Positions 1 to 9,426 of a DNA stretch of 22,914 nt are shown in pieces. Below the pieces are notes generated by a model. It did not search any database. It was given only the letters and a program-made list of their open reading frames with translations, and was not told the origin of the DNA. Positions within the stretch are counted from its first letter, which is position 1. Every line of letters begins with the position of its first letter. Made by a program: the position numbers and the translations under genes. The stretch is taken from the IMG/VR virus record IMGVR_UViG_2703718780_000024, positions 1 through 22,914 of that record; one strand, 5' to 3'. Origin of the DNA: a virus. Taxonomy: Duplodnaviria; Heunggongvirae; Uroviricota; Caudoviricetes.

Positions 1-1236
1 CTATGATAACCGCGCATTCAACATGGCTACCTGTTCGTCGTTCATGTCATCAATCCACATACCGTAAATTTCATACACCATCTGCGCAGTTTCATGCCCC
101 ATTTGGCTGGCTATAAATGCCGGGTTCGCTCCTGCCGTCAACAGCCAGCAGGCAAAAGTATGCCGCGTATGGTACGGATTACGGCGGCGAATACCAGCAC
201 GTTTTACTGCTGCATTCCACCTTGCCCCCAAACTGCTTACCGAGTAATAAGGTTTTTGTTTTCCGTTACACACCCTGGGCATGAAAACAAAATGCAGTTT
301 TTGCTTTTCGGTTCTGCCGTACTCCCGATGATAAAAGGTGATTTCGCTTTTGCGATGATGCCCGGTCAGTTTGTATTGCTCCTTCAGTGCTTCAAGAGCA
401 GGCTGCAGTAGTGTTACCGTCCGGATCCCCGCATTTGTTTTTGGGGGACCGAACATATCCAGTATCGTCAGGTTTCTTCTGACATTCACAACTCCCTTCT
501 CGAAATCCACATCCTCCCACGCCAGAGCAGCCAGTTCCCCGTGACGAAGCCCGGAGTATACGGCAAATTTCCACAAGTTCTGGCTCTGTCCTTTTTCACT
601 TTCCATTAATGCATTGAATTCTGTTTTAGATAACGGGTCAGGCTTTATTCTGTTTCTCTGTAATTTCTTTACTCCTTCAAATGGTTTGGTTGATATAAAT
701 CCCGACTGATACGCAAAACGTAACAACGAACAGAGCAGGGCGATATAGTTATCAACTGTGCGCACGGTTCTTCCTTTTTTGTTGGATCTTGGATTATCCA
801 GGTAAAGCGTTTCTCCATGCAGCAGTTCATTCCGGTAGTTTAAGATATCGCTATAACGAATATGCGATATCGGAGTACTCTCACAAATTATTATCCTGAG
901 TGTTTTTAATTGTGATTTCGTTTTCTTCATTGTGTTTGTTGTTAACTCTGTTTCTTTAATTTTTGTCCAGATATCACAAAGCTCCCCGAACGTTTTTATG
1001 ACCCTCGTTGTCACCATTTTTGCCCCAGTGCTGGACTGGGGAAAACGTCTTAAATACTCAAACTCACCGGAATTGATTTCATGAACTATCAACGCTCTTA
1101 AATTCCCGGCTTTTTTAATGTTACTGTTAGTAACCTCCCAGCCTTTCAATGTTTCCCGACATCGTTTTCCTCGAAACATGAACCAGATGCGAATGTATTT
1201 ACCTCGAATCTCGACACCTGTTGGTAATTTAGACAT
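1..1236 (-). CDS. intR: Phage integrase, tyrosine recombinase family (Rac IntR-like), 411 aa
   Basis: Full-length 411-aa ORF at the prophage edge, directly downstream of an excisionase-like gene. Product resembles phage integrases by recollection, and the length matches Rac IntR. Confidence 0.85.
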   Translation of the reverse strand: MSKLPTGVEIRGKYIRIWFMFRGKRCRETLKGWEVTNSNIKKAGNLRALIVHEINSGEFEYLRRFPQSSTGAKMVTTRVIKTFGELCDIWTKIKETELTTNTMKKTKSQLKTLRIIICESTPISHIRYSDILNYRNELLHGETLYLDNPRSNKKGRTVRTVDNYIALLCSLLRFAYQSGFISTKPFEGVKKLQRNRIKPDPLSKTEFNALMESEKGQSQNLWKFAVYSGLRHGELAALAWEDVDFEKGVVNVRRNLTILDMFGPPKTNAGIRTVTLLQPALEALKEQYKLTGHHRKSEITFYHREYGRTEKQKLHFVFMPRVCNGKQKPYYSVSSLGARWNAAVKRAGIRRRNPYHTRHTFACWLLTAGANPAFIASQMGHETAQMVYEIYGMWIDDMNDEQVAMLNARLS

Positions 1237-1237
1237 A

Positions 1238-1453
1238 TCATGAGTCTTTGATAAACTGATTTATCTTTGGATAGTTATACCAGATAATCCCTCGCTTACT
1301 GTCTGGCTTCCCTAAAGGAGATACTCGTTTGAAGTGGAAGCCTTCCACCCAACAGTTCTGGCGGTATGCTTCAATTTGTCTGGCCCCCAGACCAGTGCGA
1401 AGCATCAGGCCGTATTCAACCATCCACTCTTCATTAAAGATTACTTGTGCCAT
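1238..1453 (-). CDS. Excisionase-like small protein (Xis/YdaQ-like), 71 aa from the internal ATG
   Basis: Small basic ORF immediately upstream of int. Its stop TGA (1238-1240) sits one base from the int start. The six-frame ORF extends to 1477, but the first ATG gives 71 aa. Confidence 0.6.
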   Translation of the reverse strand: MAQVIFNEEWMVEYGLMLRTGLGARQIEAYRQNCWVEGFHFKRVSPLGKPDSKRGIIWYNYPKINQFIKDS

Positions 1454-1552
1454 CGCATCACCTCTGGCAGGCGCCAATGTTAGACTTAAATTGACGCCCG
1501 ATGTTGATTATTAATAATCAGCTATGAAGTTTTAATTTGAATACAATGCAAT

Positions 1553-1741
1553 TCACGAGGACTGAAGTTTCTCGCAATTAAAATTTATCAGTTTTACTTT
1601 CTGCTCTCTGGAAACGCCTGCTTCTTTTTTACCTGAGAGCATTTTTTCGCATTCTGATTTCGTTAGTTTAGATTTTGAATATCTTGTCCAGTTAGTAGGA
1701 GTGCCACCTTCCTTTTCAATAGTGGCGGTAATTTTATACAT
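1553..1741 (-). CDS. Small prophage protein (YdaC-like), 62 aa
   Basis: ATG at 1741 is preceded by GGAGG at about 6 nt spacing. It lies in the leftward early operon between ralR and xis. Confidence 0.5.
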   Translation of the reverse strand: MYKITATIEKEGGTPTNWTRYSKSKLTKSECEKMLSGKKEAGVSREQKVKLINFNCEKLQSS

Positions 1742-1928
1742 GAACACCTCCATTATTATTTCCAGTGGTTCGTTTATTTCATCGTTCGAGTGCTTCTTTT
1801 TCACTTCCACCATAACCGGTTCGGGATTCGCATCCGTTACACTTCGCTCGGTAATATCCTGAAATGGCTTTCACCGTTACTGATGGACAACCACAAAATG
1901 GACATGGTTTAACATTGTCATATCTCAT
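1734..1928 (-). pseudogene. ralR: RalR/Lar-like restriction-alleviation gene with an in-frame TGA at 1779-1781; 49-aa product if translated from 1928
   Basis: Translation from ATG 1928 gives MRYDNVKPCPFCGCPSVTVKAISGYYRAKCNGCESRTGYGGSEKEALER, then TGA. The same frame continues NKRTTGNNNGGVHV to a TAA that overlaps the next gene start. The Cys-rich N-terminus matches RalR as I recall it. Confidence 0.55.
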
Positions 1929-1983
1929 AATTTTTCTCATAAAAATATTTCAAGTTGGCGGTGCATTACACCGCCAGGCTGAA

Positions 1984-2793
1984 TTATTCCTCTGAATTAT
2001 CGATTACACTGTATTCCCCGGTTAATACAGAGGAATCTGCAGGATCGATTGTCAGTGGTTCCTTTTCATCCATTGATACTGCACGCTGGATCTCAATTGA
2101 TACGGGCAGATATTTGAACAGGCGACGAATAGCCGTTTTCTTTGCCATTTCTTCCCAGTGAGTTACCCACGGCCCGTTATTACCAGCTTTACTCTGGCTG
2201 CGCACCAGCTCAATCTGTTTGCGCGTCATAACTTCAAACTGAGTACCTCCGTCTTTCAGTCTTGCGACAGCATAGACGTGGGTAACAGGGGCATCTTCGT
2301 TTTCTCCTGGGCGGTGTATTAACTTTTCATCAAGGCCAAATTCGAAATTAAACTCGTCACCTTCACGGACAACACGGGCTGACAAGCTGGCGATTTGACC
2401 TGAACGGCGAGCCAGATCAATCATGCCGCGATAGCCAATGATTAGCTGAACGTTTTTTTTACCGCTCTTTTCGTTTTTATTACCAAAAGGCAGTAAATAT
2501 GCATGACCGAGGGCGCTACCGGGCTCAAGTCCGAGCTGTGAACACTGTACGATTGCACTGACAAAACTCATAGTGTCACAGTTTCCTAACGCCGGAACTT
2601 TACGAATTTCTGTGGTGGCGATACGGATCATACGTTCAGCCGTCATATGGCGTGGAAGAGCTGCTGCCAGTTGCTCTTTCATTGATGGCTGGTTAATAAA
2701 ACTAATCACGTCGTTATTTTTAATTGCTGCTGGTGCACGGTTTCCCTGAGTTTTTTGCAGATCGGCTTTTGCGATTGGTGGTTGCTTAGTCAT
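1984..2793 (-). CDS. recT: RecT single-strand annealing recombinase, 269 aa
   Basis: Product from the internal ATG begins [29 protein letters not shown] and ends [10 protein letters not shown], near-identical to Rac RecT as recalled. It overlaps the recE stop. Confidence 0.92.
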   Translation of the reverse strand: MTKQPPIAKADLQKTQGNRAPAAIKNNDVISFINQPSMKEQLAAALPRHMTAERMIRIATTEIRKVPALGNCDTMSFVSAIVQCSQLGLEPGSALGHAYLLPFGNKNEKSGKKNVQLIIGYRGMIDLARRSGQIASLSARVVREGDEFNFEFGLDEKLIHRPGENEDAPVTHVYAVARLKDGGTQFEVMTRKQIELVRSQSKAGNNGPWVTHWEEMAKKTAIRRLFKYLPVSIEIQRAVSMDEKEPLTIDPADSSVLTGEYSVIDNSEE

Positions 2794-5488
2794 TTGCATA
2801 TTCCTTAGCCCAGCGGGGCAGTGATAACGTCTTAATAGCTGGCCATTCATCGGTATTGAGGCAGTCAGCCAGGGTTCGCAGATTGCGGTGATATTCCAGC
2901 TGACCTGCCAGTTTTGCTTCTTCGCCCATCATGAAAATTTCAACCGGATAACGTCCGCATTCAATAGTTGTGCTGGCAACCAGAAAAACGAAAGTTGGCT
3001 GCACTCCAAACTGTGCTTCATAACCGTCACTGTAGAATGCATCCTGAACGTGATAGCGGTAGTCGTAATAAGCGGTTTTGAATCGTTGAATATCCGCCGT
3101 AGTTTTCACGTCCATGATCCAGTGAAATTCAGGGATAATTTTGTCCGGACGGCACCGACACAAAATTGCTGTTTCAGGATCTTCCCAGTAAATTGATGAT
3201 TCAGCGTGTCCGGCGCTTTCAACAAGCCATTGCCCCAGCGGCAAAGCCATAACGCTCTGATACATGAGTTCAATTTTCCGGCCTTCTTCGGCAGTGATAA
3301 CCGTTTTTCCTGTGCTTGCGCATTCCCTCAGAAACGCTTTCTCTTCTTCTTTTCCGGAGTTTGTCCGGCGGTTAAATTCAGGTGCTACGATAAAGCGGTT
3401 ACTGAATTCTTCCGGCTCAAGTACCCGGCAGTGGAAAGCGGTTCCTAAATCGAGCGTTTTTGTCTTTGTGGTGTCCACGGGGGCATTTTTACGCCACAAA
3501 TACAGTGCCGGAGTATCAGCAATGTCATCGAGCTGAGACTTACTGACACCGGGACCCGCGTGGTAATTCTCATTCGAAATTCCGTAATAAATACCTGGCT
3601 CTATGTCTTCTACGATTACGGGATCTGCGACTTCGCCAGTTTCATCACTGCAATCGCGATGCGGATCGCTGCCAGCATTCTCATTGTGCGGATGTTCAGC
3701 GCCTTCCATTTCCTCCGGATCATTTTCCTTAGCTTCAACCTGACTCTCTTCATCGAATGTTTCCTGGTATGTTGCGTCGCCCATCACCGCGCCACAATCA
3801 GGGCAGTTGCCGCCACCACTCTGACCGCAGGCGGTACAGACTTTTTCCTCTTCCTGTTGCGCTACTGGTTCGGATTGTTTCGTTTCTGGCTCGTCTTGTA
3901 ACGCATTTGGGCTGTTTTGTTCCGCTTTTTGGTCGTTCTGTTCCGTTTCTGACTGGTTCTGGTTCACAGAATCGCAGGTTTCAATCCCCTTCACCCATTT
4001 CGGATCATTCGGATCGCTAATCCCTTCAACAAATTCACCACGTGATGCAGCAAGCAATTTATCGGCGTCAGGCTGGCTGATATTGGCTGCCTGCATAATT
4101 TTGTTTACTTCGTCAGCGGTAACTTTTACCGGCTCCGGTTGTACGGAATCTTCAGCGGTATCCACATTTTGCGGTAAGTCCGTGTATGTTCCGTTTTTGC
4201 GGGCAAGATATTCTTCTTTCGTGATTTCAGCAGCCCCGGCAGCCAGCGCCTTGTCCAGACCAGAAAGTTTGTTTGCGCGACCGTATTTTTCGCCATCCTT
4301 GTCGGTGAAGAGGAAGTAGAACGGCCCCTCACGCTCTACAGATGGTTCGACTTCCACTTTGCATTCGGTTTTTTCGTTGTCCGGAATTGCCGTTTCCACT
4401 GCATCAGTTTCTGGTACTGGCGACGAGAGAGTATCAGTTGCGCTCTGATTTCTTCCTTCATCTTCAAACACGCCCTTTGTAGTCAGGTATTCAGTAATGT
4501 ATTTGTTCAGTGCCACAGGGTCTTTGTGAATGTCGATCGGACGTTCACGGACAAGGCCAAAAATAGTCTGGCGGCTGTAGCGAAGCGCATCAGGTTGTTT
4601 GCGCATTGATGCGGAGATGCGCTTCCAGTCTTCGCGATCTCTGGCGATAACTTCATTTTTAGCCCAGCGAAGGATGCTGCCGTCAATGTTTCCGGCATCC
4701 GCATCACCAGGCCAGAGATAGTAGGCCAGCTCCCTGTCCAGGGTTTTCCATGTCTGCTTGTATTCGCGATGAATGGCGGCAGTTACAGGAGGGATTTTTT
4801 CTGCTGGGTTTTCAGTGTGCTGTCGGTTGGCTTTGGCGCGGGCAAGATCAACAACAGACGTGTATTTTCCAGTCTCTTTGCGCTCTGCGTCCTGCCGTTT
4901 TTTCCAGTTACGTAATTCAGCCTGAATTTCGGGCCATTTGGTACCCGGCTTACATTTGTGTTTAACCCATCCGATAGCGAACAGTTTGCGTTCCGGATAC
5001 ATAGCGTTAATTTCAGGCGTTTTCATCAGTGCTTCAACGATATGCCCGTCAAAGGTAGCCACGTCTTCTTGCAGTAATTCCTGCGCGTCAATCGCCATAT
5101 CAACGGTGATGTTTTCACATGTACCGAACTTAACCAGGACCGCGTTCTGTACTTCAAGGGACAGCTTGTCAAAATTGACGTTAATAGGATCGGATTCTGG
5201 TTCGACCGGAATAAAGGAAGCGGATTCCTCATCCCAGCGGTTTTCCTGCATATATTCGGTATCCCAGGAGTCGATAGCAGGGCGGGGCATGCCGGGTTTA
5301 TCTTCGCAGACAAGAAATTTATAAGCGCAGTCCTGAGCAGCAGGATATTGCTCCAGGAATTGCCAGGTAAATTTGGCACGGGCGCGGCGTTCATCACCGG
5401 CTTCAATGGCAGTGGCTACAGCAACTGCGCCCTCTTCTTTTATTGCCTGTTCGTCCGGAATGGCGGCGCAAATAAAGACTTTACTCAT
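2786..5488 (-). CDS. recE: RecE exodeoxyribonuclease VIII, 900 aa
   Basis: Large ORF immediately upstream of and overlapping recT. The C-terminal region ([24 protein letters not shown] ... [10 protein letters not shown]) matches the RecE nuclease domain as recalled. Confidence 0.85.
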   Translation of the reverse strand: MSKVFICAAIPDEQAIKEEGAVAVATAIEAGDERRARAKFTWQFLEQYPAAQDCAYKFLVCEDKPGMPRPAIDSWDTEYMQENRWDEESASFIPVEPESDPINVNFDKLSLEVQNAVLVKFGTCENITVDMAIDAQELLQEDVATFDGHIVEALMKTPEINAMYPERKLFAIGWVKHKCKPGTKWPEIQAELRNWKKRQDAERKETGKYTSVVDLARAKANRQHTENPAEKIPPVTAAIHREYKQTWKTLDRELAYYLWPGDADAGNIDGSILRWAKNEVIARDREDWKRISASMRKQPDALRYSRQTIFGLVRERPIDIHKDPVALNKYITEYLTTKGVFEDEGRNQSATDTLSSPVPETDAVETAIPDNEKTECKVEVEPSVEREGPFYFLFTDKDGEKYGRANKLSGLDKALAAGAAEITKEEYLARKNGTYTDLPQNVDTAEDSVQPEPVKVTADEVNKIMQAANISQPDADKLLAASRGEFVEGISDPNDPKWVKGIETCDSVNQNQSETEQNDQKAEQNSPNALQDEPETKQSEPVAQQEEEKVCTACGQSGGGNCPDCGAVMGDATYQETFDEESQVEAKENDPEEMEGAEHPHNENAGSDPHRDCSDETGEVADPVIVEDIEPGIYYGISNENYHAGPGVSKSQLDDIADTPALYLWRKNAPVDTTKTKTLDLGTAFHCRVLEPEEFSNRFIVAPEFNRRTNSGKEEEKAFLRECASTGKTVITAEEGRKIELMYQSVMALPLGQWLVESAGHAESSIYWEDPETAILCRCRPDKIIPEFHWIMDVKTTADIQRFKTAYYDYRYHVQDAFYSDGYEAQFGVQPTFVFLVASTTIECGRYPVEIFMMGEEAKLAGQLEYHRNLRTLADCLNTDEWPAIKTLSLPRWAKEYAND

Positions 5489-5581
5489 TTTGTTTTAACC
5501 TCATTACAGATTTAAGGGTGAACAAATCCCTGCCATTGCTGGCATATAAAAATGAAACCGGATATTAATTACGGTGCTGTT

Positions 5582-5773
5582 TTAAAGTCCTGCCGGTATT
5601 TCGTTATTATTAGTGTGAGTAGTTTTATCTACCGGATAACAGTTACCGGGAATTTTTTGTTCTGCTGCTGCAGCCATGCATTCTTTCATTGAACCGTATA
5701 AGCCAGTCACCAGCTCAAGAGATTCGCCGGAAACAAGATAAACTGTCAGAACGAGTGCAAATGTTGTATTCAT
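5582..5773 (-). CDS. Small protein with hydrophobic N-terminus (signal peptide or TM helix), 63 aa
   Basis: ATG overlaps the upstream gene stop (ATGA), with AAGGA about 9 nt upstream. The N-terminus MNTTFALVLTVYLVSG is hydrophobic. Confidence 0.45.
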   Translation of the reverse strand: MNTTFALVLTVYLVSGESLELVTGLYGSMKECMAAAAEQKIPGNCYPVDKTTHTNNNEIPAGL

Positions 5774-5958
5774 TGTTTATATCCTTTTTGCAGCAGGTCC
5801 AGACGAGCCAGCATTGAAGGAATGCATACTTCATTTAACAGGTCCTGCTCGAGTTTTCTCTGCTTAATGGCGTCTTCAATAAATGTTTTGTCTCCAGTGA
5901 TAACGCCAATTTCGAAACGAAGTTCAGACGTGCTGGCATTACATGATAACTTTTCCAT
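5770..5958 (-). CDS. Hypothetical early-left-operon protein, 62 aa from the internal ATG
   Basis: Internal ATG at 5958 is preceded by GAGGA at about 7 nt. The longer six-frame ORF to 6063 has no comparable RBS. Confidence 0.45.
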   Translation of the reverse strand: MEKLSCNASTSELRFEIGVITGDKTFIEDAIKQRKLEQDLLNEVCIPSMLARLDLLQKGYKQ

Positions 5959-6413
5959 TATCGCGTCCTCAACAATGAATTTTGTGATGCGGTGCCTAGT
6001 GCCTCCAGGTGACGTTAACCAGTTAACAATTAACGCCGGATACAGAGAATCCACCCATAACACTGTTTTTGGTTTTAACTGTTCCGCGTGCGCTGAGCCG
6101 CATTCACCGCATCACAAAATTCACTTTTAAAAAAGGGCGGCAGAGCAGTCACGGAGTAAAACTGATACCGCCAAATGTCACCAGAATATTGATAACAGAG
6201 GGCGTTGTAGCGGGGTTGTCACTTAAGCGTATGGTCAACCTGACAACCCGGTGTCCTCAACTGGGGAAGGAATAACCCCGCCATACTTACCGCCGCGCCA
6301 TTTCGCGGATTGCCACAACCGGAAGCGCACGTTCGAAGAAATCTAACGACAAGCCTTCTAAGGGAAAGAGCTTCGCCGTACGCTTTCGCGTTGTGTGCCT
6401 GCTTTTAACCACG

Positions 6414-6602
6414 TCAGGCGAGGTGGTTTCCGTCGTTCCCCAACGACAGGAAATCTGTATAATCTGGATATCCCCAACAACAGGAAGGTGTTTTATATGG
6501 TGGTTCAAAAGAATTGTTCAGGTACTGGTAAGCCTGCGGACAGGTCGGACATTCCGAATACCAGGAAACATATACCTGAGAAAAACATTCGACCAAAACC
6601 AT
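6414..6602 (-). CDS. Cys-rich small protein (possible zinc-binding, YdaE-like), 62 aa
   Basis: ATG at 6602 is preceded by AAGGAG at about 7 nt. The product has 8 Cys, including an ECPTCP motif and a CC pair. Confidence 0.5.
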   Translation of the reverse strand: MVLVECFSQVYVSWYSECPTCPQAYQYLNNSFEPPYKTPSCCWGYPDYTDFLSLGNDGNHLA

Positions 6603-6661
6603 CTCCAGCTCCTTCAGAGGAGAGGGGGAACAGCAACAATCAAACAAGCAGGTGATGATAT

Positions 6662-7108
6662 ATGGACCGGGATGATATTCTTGACAGGGTTTTATATGGT
6701 TATTTTCTTGAACAACTATTCTCTGTAGCGACTGGTCGTCTCGATAAACTTCTCTCAGTGGTGAGTATTATCCTCGGTTCATCTGTCATTGGTGGATTTA
6801 TTCCTGAAGTTTCTGGAGTTCTCATTGTTGTGATAGCAACCGTTCAAACGATTTACGGATTCGGACAAAAGTCAGGTAACGCAATGAGAAAATCCGCAGA
6901 ATATCTGCAGCTTTATGATGATGCAGAAAAATATTCCGATTCGGAATTGAAAATGCAGTTAAAGCTCCTGGAAAAAACAGATGATAATATTTGGTCGTCG
7001 CTTAAAGATATCGCAATCTTAAAAACCCAGATCAAAATAGGAATCTCCGTAGAACAACAAGAGAAACTGTCTGCAAAATCCAAATTGATGCGATTCCTTT
7101 GTGGTTAG
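6662..7108 (+). CDS. Membrane protein, possible superinfection-exclusion SieB-like, 148 aa
   Basis: It lies on the opposite strand inside the leftward early region, in the position sieB occupies in lambda and Rac. The N-terminal half is hydrophobic and the C-terminal half is charged. Confidence 0.4.
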   Translation: MDRDDILDRVLYGYFLEQLFSVATGRLDKLLSVVSIILGSSVIGGFIPEVSGVLIVVIATVQTIYGFGQKSGNAMRKSAEYLQLYDDAEKYSDSELKMQLKLLEKTDDNIWSSLKDIAILKTQIKIGISVEQQEKLSAKSKLMRFLCG

Positions 7109-7223
7109 GAATACCCAGATTGTTAAAGAGCATGCCGGATGCTTACCCGTGTCCGGCGAACGTATTCCACTTCGCCTGTGGAGAACTCTTTAATTACTAA
7201 CCTTCATCAGTCAGAGTTTCTTG

Positions 7224-7358
7224 CTAACCAGCGACGCGCGCCAGCTTCCGTTTTAAACGTTTTGCTTCTGGTAACGTCATCGCGGTGAACGTTCCATCCT
7301 GGTTGGGGAACACGCCGCACACCAGGGATTCGTTGTTGCCGAGGTCGATTTTTTGCAT
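7224..7358 (-). CDS. Small protein (YdaG-like), 44 aa
   Basis: ORF not in the supplied track (under 60 aa); translation MQKIDLGNNESLVCGVFPNQDGTFTAMTLPEAKRLKRKLARVAG. It sits directly downstream of the repressor-proximal small gene, and its length matches Rac YdaG. Confidence 0.45.
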   Translation of the reverse strand: MQKIDLGNNESLVCGVFPNQDGTFTAMTLPEAKRLKRKLARVAG

Positions 7359-7365
7359 TTTGCGA

Positions 7366-7503
7366 ATCTCACATCTTGTTGCTACGTATAGCGACTTCTG
7401 CCTGCCAGAGATCCCAGTCGTTGCTGCGTAAAGCCTGCACAGCCTGGTTGTAAGTGATACCGCAACAATCCATCAAATACTGAACTACTTCGTAATGCAC
7501 CAT
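7366..7503 (-). CDS. Small protein (YdaF-like), 45 aa
   Basis: ORF not in the supplied track; translation MVHYEVVQYLMDCCGITYNQAVQALRSNDWDLWQAEVAIRSNKM. AAGGGGA RBS about 9 nt upstream. Confidence 0.45.
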
Positions 7504-7671
7504 CTTATCTATCCCCTTAACGCCGGGTGGCGGAACTAACTGCTGCACTGCAAAATTTGAATCCCGCCGTCATGTTCATACGCCTCGGGCTGGCTACTTA
7601 ACCCCTGACCACTGCCTGGTAACTCGAAGTATTGCCCGGCGTTCTGTGGGGCGGGGTGGGTTGGTAGGTAT

Positions 7672-7715
7672 ATAATGTACTTTGTGTTCATCATTGTAAA
7701 GTACTTTAAGTACAT
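7672..7715 (-). promoter_or_regulatory. Candidate leftward early promoter (pL-like) with overlapping operator half-sites
   Basis: On the minus strand: -35 TTTACA (7695-7700), 17-nt spacer, -10 CATTAT (7672-7677). ATGTACT/AGTACAT half-sites and a 10-bp palindrome AAAGTACTTT (7698-7707) overlap it. Confidence 0.4.
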
Positions 7716-7790
7716 TTTATGTATAAAAAAATGAGACGGGATAAAGTGAAGCACAAACCCGGAGGGGGACGCTACCGGATTTATGCTGGT

Positions 7791-8210
7791 TTAAGAGGCT
7801 TTTTGTTTTTTCTTTCGTGCTAACTCTTCGTAAATTGCATTGTACTTCTGTTTTTTCTCCTCAAGAGTTTTTAAAAGTTCATCTGTCTCACTGTCAGGGA
7901 GCTCGTCCAGAAGGTCAATGATGATTTTTTGTCTTGGATTTAACTCCTGATAGAAACGTATCTGTCCACTTTCTTCTGTATCCTCTCCCAAAAGATAGGT
8001 TGGTGTTGTTCCAATGAGTGTTGCTAATTCCCTTAATTTCTCTCGGCGAGGAATTGTTTCACCATTAAACCATTTGCTAACCGCTTTTGGTGTTAATTTC
8101 ATTCGACGGGCAATTTCTGCCTGCCTTCCATGTTGTTCATAACCAGCGTTTTCACAGGCTAGCGCAAGCCTACTGGCGAACTCTTTACGCGCTTTATCTT
8201 CATGAACCAT
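7791..8210 (-). CDS. Prophage repressor, XRE-family HTH (RacR/CI-like), 139 aa
   Basis: HTH segment QAEIARRMKLTPKAVSKWFNGETIP. The gene is divergent from a Cro-like gene and flanked by operator-like repeats. Confidence 0.8.
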   Translation of the reverse strand: MVHEDKARKEFASRLALACENAGYEQHGRQAEIARRMKLTPKAVSKWFNGETIPRREKLRELATLIGTTPTYLLGEDTEESGQIRFYQELNPRQKIIIDLLDELPDSETDELLKTLEEKKQKYNAIYEELARKKKQKAS

Positions 8211-8230
8211 AAGTTCAATGATATTCGCTC

Positions 8231-8266
8231 TTGAATGTACTGTCAGTTCTGTTATAGCATGTACTC
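8231..8266. promoter_or_regulatory. Divergent promoter/operator region between the repressor and Cro-like genes
   Basis: ATGTACT occurs at 8235-8241 and 8259-8265 in the 79-bp intergenic region. TTGAAT (8231-8236) and TATAGC (8253-8258) are candidate -35/-10 elements for rightward transcription. Confidence 0.4.
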
Positions 8267-8289
8267 AAAGTTCACATTGTGAGGGTGAT

Positions 8290-8544
8290 ATGAACCAGAA
8301 AACACTTGAAGATGTAATCAAAACTGTTCGCGTTTCTGTTGTGGCCGACGTTTGTGGTGTCAGCCAAAGAGCAATCTACAAATGGATGGATAACGGTAAA
8401 TTGCCTCGCACAGAATATACCGGCGAAACAAATTACGCTGAAAAAATCGCTCATGCATCAAACGGATTATTTTCTGCCGATGCAATTTTAACTATTGGCA
8501 GAAATAAAACTACTACGAAAAAGCTGATGGGAGTTGATTCATGA
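8290..8544 (+). CDS. Cro/YdaS-like HTH regulator, 84 aa from the internal ATG
   Basis: HTH-like segment VADVCGVSQRAIYKWMDNGKLP. GAGGG precedes ATG 8290. The stop overlaps the next gene start (ATGA). Confidence 0.7.
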   Translation: MNQKTLEDVIKTVRVSVVADVCGVSQRAIYKWMDNGKLPRTEYTGETNYAEKIAHASNGLFSADAILTIGRNKTTTKKLMGVDS

Positions 8545-8963
8545 AAATCAAGCATGAGCACATCGAATCAGTGTTGTTAGCCCTGGCAGCCGAAAAAGGG
8601 CAGGCGTGGGTCGCTAACGCAATTACTGAAGAATATCTGCGCCAGGGGGGCGGCGAATTGCCCCTGGTACCAGGCAAGGACTGGAACAATCAGCAGAATA
8701 TCTATCATCGTTGGTTGAAAGGTGAAACGAATGCGCAAAGGGAAAAAATTCAGAAACTGATCCCTGCGGTTCTGGCAATTCTTCCTCGCGAGCTGCGTCA
8801 CCGACTCTGCATCTTCGATACCCTGGAACGCCGTGCATTACTGGCGGCACAGGATGCACTGAGTACGGCAATTGATGCGCATGATGATGCAGTCCAGGCC
8901 GTTTACCGTAAAGCACATTTCAGCGGCGGCGGTTCTCCTAGCGATTCTGTCGTAGTGCATTGA
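8541..8963 (+). CDS. ydaT: YdaT-like protein (CII-position regulator/toxin-like), 140 aa
   Basis: It is translationally coupled to the Cro-like gene. The 140-aa length and position match Rac YdaT. Confidence 0.6.
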   Translation: MKIKHEHIESVLLALAAEKGQAWVANAITEEYLRQGGGELPLVPGKDWNNQQNIYHRWLKGETNAQREKIQKLIPAVLAILPRELRHRLCIFDTLERRALLAAQDALSTAIDAHDDAVQAVYRKAHFSGGGSPSDSVVVH

Positions 8964-9007
8964 TTGAAATTAATCGTACCGAACTGTTTTGTTCGGTATC
9001 AGTTAAA

Positions 9008-9426
9008 TGTAACGCTGCGAGCGTTACAAGGTGAAAACAAATGGCTTCAAACTGGATAAAGCTCGAAGTTATTACGCCGGATAAGCCGGAAATATTCAGG
9101 CTTGCTGAGATTCTGAATATTGATCCAGATGCCGCATTAGGGAAAGTCATTCGCTTCTGGGCATGGGCGGATCAACAAATGATAGACGGTAACGCAGAGT
9201 GTAACGCTCGCGGCGTTACAAAAAGTGCAATAGATCGCATCACTTTTATGGCTGGTTTTGCTGATGCGTTAATTCAGGTTGGATGGCTGGTCGAAACTAA
9301 TGGTGTGTTGTCGCTTCCTAACTTTGAGCGCCATAACGGGAAAAGCTCTAAAAAACGGGCGGTTACAAACGAGAGAGTAACAAAAATACGAGAACTGAAA
9401 CGAAAAGGTAACGCTGCCAGCGTTAC
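9008..9426. repeat. Iteron-like palindromic repeats (GTAACGC ... GCGTTAC), candidate replication origin or operator sites
   Basis: Three inverted repeats at 9008-9028, 9200-9220 and 9408-9426, plus degenerate half-sites at 9189-9195 and 9360-9367. One lies just upstream of the O-like gene and two lie inside it. Confidence 0.5.

Noticed and set aside
2888-5406. Multiple 60-130-aa ORFs (plus strand, and one minus-strand alternate frame) inside recE
   Set aside because: They lie antisense to or out of frame with the well-supported 900-aa recE ORF, have no RBS and give low-complexity translations. They are six-frame artefacts.
6287-6728. ORFs 6287-6508 (-), 6393-6728 (+), 6395-6655 (+) and the TTG-started long form of 6414-6647 (-)
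   Set aside because: They are mutually overlapping. Only the 6414-6602 ATG-started frame has a strong RBS (AAGGAG) and a coherent Cys-rich product; the others have no start signals.
7536-7754. 72-aa minus-strand ORF across the AT-rich promoter/operator region
   Set aside because: It overlaps the predicted leftward promoter and operator repeats, has no RBS and gives an AT-driven low-complexity translation.
8977-8999. Hairpin TACCGAAC-N7-GTTCGGTA after the YdaT-like gene as a terminator
   Set aside because: There is no downstream T-run and it sits directly before the O-like gene in the same operon. It is more likely an operator or RNA structure than a terminator, and is not annotated as a feature.
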